From contig JAFUNJ010000009.1 of NCBI GenBank assembly GCA_017482355.1, positions 165,229 to 229,228 on the forward strand: DNA of 64,000 bases. The letters are read 5' to 3'. Below the pieces are notes generated by a model. It searched no databases. It worked only from the letters and a program-made list of their open reading frames with translations, and was not told the DNA's origin. This DNA comes from Clostridia bacterium (GTDB taxonomy: Bacteria; Bacillota; Clostridia; Oscillospirales; CAG-272). Shown here piece after piece: positions 62,423 to 64,000 of this stretch; position 1 is the first letter of the stretch; each line of letters begins with the position of its first letter. Made by a program: the position numbers and the translations under genes.

Positions 62423-62546
62423 GGCGGGAGCAAGCCCCCGCCCTACAAACAATGTTGCGAAACTTTCAAAATTTCTTGTAGGGGCGACCATTGGTCGCCC
62501 GTTTTCGTCGCGGTTTGATGCGGCGACCAATGGTCGCCCCTACAAG
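62423..62546. repeat. Repeat family C unit plus a long inverted repeat of GGGGCGACC..GGTCGCCC arms
   Basis: GGCGGGAGCAAGCCCCCGCCCTAC (62423-62446) is identical to 55447-55470. CTTGTAGGGGCGACCATTGGTCGCC (62475-62499) is the inverted complement of GGCGACCAATGGTCGCCCCTACAAG (62522-62546). Confidence 0.8.
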
Positions 62547-62570
62547 AGTTTTTTTGCGTTTGCGCGAGAT

Positions 62571-62688
62571 CGAAAGGGGTTTCCAAAGGGGAAAACGTTT
62601 GAAAATTTGCAAAAGCAAATTTTCATTGGTTGTCCCCTTGGCGTGGTTTCTTTTGCTAACTTTTCTTTGTACGAGCAAAGAAAAGTGG
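62571..62688 (+). repeat. Intergenic repeat family B, copy 2
   Basis: CGAAAGGGGTTTCCAAAGGGGAAAACGTTTGAAAATTTGCAAAAGCAAATTTTCATTGGTTGTCCCCTTGGC... matches the reverse complement of 21101-21213. Confidence 0.8.
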
Positions 62689-62815
62689 AAAAACTTACAC
62701 AAGTAAGAAAAGTTAATAAAACCATTACAAGAGTAATATCATTTTACCTTGACAAATCAAAAGAAAAGAGTTACAATATTATAGTATGTAAAAATTACTC
62801 TAACGGAGGCATTCA

Positions 62816-63652
62816 ATGGATCAGAACAAAATCAAAGAACTGAAGCTCAAAAGTGCAGAGATAAAGCTCGGCGCACTTGAAGGAGTGTTCAGCGCATCGT
62901 CAGGACATCCGGGCGGATCGCTCTCGATTTCCGATATTCTCGCTTACCTCTACTTCGAGGCAATGAACGTAGACGCGAACAATCCCAAGTGGGAAGACCG
63001 CGACCGTCTCGTTCTTTCAAAGGGTCATACCGCGCCCGGTCTCTATGCGGCGCTCGCTCTCAAGGGCTTTATCCCGAGAGAAGACCTTAAGACCCTTCGT
63101 CAGGCAGACAGCTACCTCCAGGGTCACCCCGATATGAAGCATACCCCCGGTGTAGATATGACCTCCGGCTCGCTCGGACTCGGAATCTCCGCTGCTTGCG
63201 GAATGGCACTTTCCGCAAAGATCAGAAATAAGAATTACTATACCTACGCTATCCTCGGCGACGGCGAGTGCGAGGAAGGACAGGTTTGGGAAGCGGCTAT
63301 GTTCGCAGCTCATAAGAAGCTCGATAACCTCTGCATCTTCGTTGACTTCAACGGTCTCCAGATCGACGGACCCGTTACCGAAGTCGTTGACCCCACGCCT
63401 ATCGACAAGAAGTTCGAGGCGTTCAACTGGAACGTTATCGTTATCGACGGTCATAACCTCGAAGAGATCGACGCGGCAGTCAAGGCGGCTCACGCTTGCG
63501 AGGGCAAGCCCACCGCAATTATTTGCAACTGCGTCAAGGGCAAGGGCGTTTCCTTTATGGAAAACAACGTCAAGTGGCACGGCTCCGCGCCTAACGCTGA
63601 GCAGTACGAGCAGGCAGTGAACGAGATCAACGCCTACATCGCAACTATTTGA
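62816..63652 (+). CDS. Transketolase, N-terminal (TPP-binding) subunit of a split enzyme
   Basis: SGHPGGSLS, LSKGHTAPGLYA, GSLGLGIS and GDGECEEGQVWEA are transketolase PP-domain motifs. The next gene encodes the pyrimidine-binding half. Confidence 0.9.
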   Translation: MDQNKIKELKLKSAEIKLGALEGVFSASSGHPGGSLSISDILAYLYFEAMNVDANNPKWEDRDRLVLSKGHTAPGLYAALALKGFIPREDLKTLRQADSYLQGHPDMKHTPGVDMTSGSLGLGISAACGMALSAKIRNKNYYTYAILGDGECEEGQVWEAAMFAAHKKLDNLCIFVDFNGLQIDGPVTEVVDPTPIDKKFEAFNWNVIVIDGHNLEEIDAAVKAAHACEGKPTAIICNCVKGKGVSFMENNVKWHGSAPNAEQYEQAVNEINAYIATI

Positions 63653-63665
63653 GGAGGAAACGAAA

Positions 63666-64000
63666 ATGGCAGATAAGATAGCAACAAGAGAATCCTACGG
63701 CAACGCGCTCGTAGAATTCGGAGCAAAATACGATAACCTCGTTGTCCTCGACGCAGACCTTGCTGAGGCAACAAAAACCATCAAGTTCAAAAAAGCGTTC
63801 CCCGAAAGATTTTTCGACTGCGGTATTGCCGAGGGCAATATGGTCGCAGTTGCGGCAGGACTTGCTACCACGGGCATGGTTCCGTTCGTCAGCACCTTCG
63901 CAATGTTTGCGGCAGGCAGAGCCTTCGAGCAGATCAGAAACGCTGTCGGTTATCCTCATCTTAACGTAAAGATCGGCGCAACTCACGCAGGTATCACCGT
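63666..64000 (+). CDS. Transketolase, C-terminal (pyrimidine-binding) subunit; truncated by the window end
   Basis: Not in the ORF track. My own translation from ATG 63666 gives MADKIATRESYGNALVEFGAKYDNLVVLDADLAEATKTIKFKKAFPERFFDCGIAEGNMVAVAAGLA..., a typical transketolase subunit B start. Confidence 0.85.
   Translation, partial: MADKIATRESYGNALVEFGAKYDNLVVLDADLAEATKTIKFKKAFPERFFDCGIAEGNMVAVAAGLATTGMVPFVSTFAMFAAGRAFEQIRNAVGYPHLNVKIGATHAGIT

Noticed and set aside
62406-62843. A 145-aa ORF upstream of transketolase, and similar ORFs at 21078-21260, 62466-62725 and the 55324-55512 extension of rex.
   Set aside because: They are read through intergenic repeat families A, B and C. The same DNA occurs in both orientations elsewhere, no RBS is present, and the peptides (GSKPPPY, VGATIGRP, FPKGKTFENLQ) are characteristic translated-repeat junk.

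Overview
The window reads as chromosomal DNA from a spore-forming Clostridia-class Firmicute. Evidence is spoIIGA-sigE, dpaA-dpaB and a SpoVAF/GerA-family gene. Cohesin/dockerin-like surface proteins hint at an Oscillospiraceae/Ruminococcaceae-like organism, which I cannot prove without a search.

Layout, left to right:
- 1-5.2 kb: housekeeping genes (partial pheA, aminotransferase, tRNA methyltransferase, rsmI, M23 peptidase).
- 5.3-14.7 kb: an ABC-transporter-dependent cell-surface glycan locus. It has 3 GT4/GT32 and 3 GT2 glycosyltransferases (two of them a tandem duplicate), a Wzm/Wzt-like exporter and a pyruvyl transferase.
- 14.9-18.0 kb: two cohesin-like surface proteins, one with a dockerin and one membrane-anchored.
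- 18.0-21.1 kb, minus strand: spoIIGA-sigE-dpaA-dpaB.
- 21.4-25.8 kb: an LRR surface protein, a P-type ATPase behind a probable yybP-ykoY (Mn2+) riboswitch, and pgeF.
- 26.2-29.4 kb: a small accessory patch with an orphan MazF/EndoA toxin, an MNT-like/HEPN pair and two uncharacterised cytoplasmic proteins.
- 29.8-45.1 kb: the standout. A solute-binding-type lipoprotein is followed by eight tandem paralogues of a DUF4091/GH123-like putative glycoside hydrolase. Five are lipoproteins and three are cytoplasmic, apparently in one operon.
- 45.1-64 kb: mostly housekeeping. This includes spoVAF, a Trp T-box with a stand-alone trpB, comEB, rimI-tsaD, an IDH-family gene, a Rex-like gene, dnaB/dnaI-like genes, an SDR and a split transketolase. 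It is interrupted by a GC-rich terminator-capped candidate structured RNA (59.2-59.4 kb) and an XRE-regulator module with duplicated promoter/terminator cassettes (61.1-62.4 kb).

At least three short intergenic repeat families occur in several copies and create spurious ORFs. No rRNA, tRNA, CRISPR array, transposase or integrase was seen. All family assignments come from reading motifs by eye; no database search was run.
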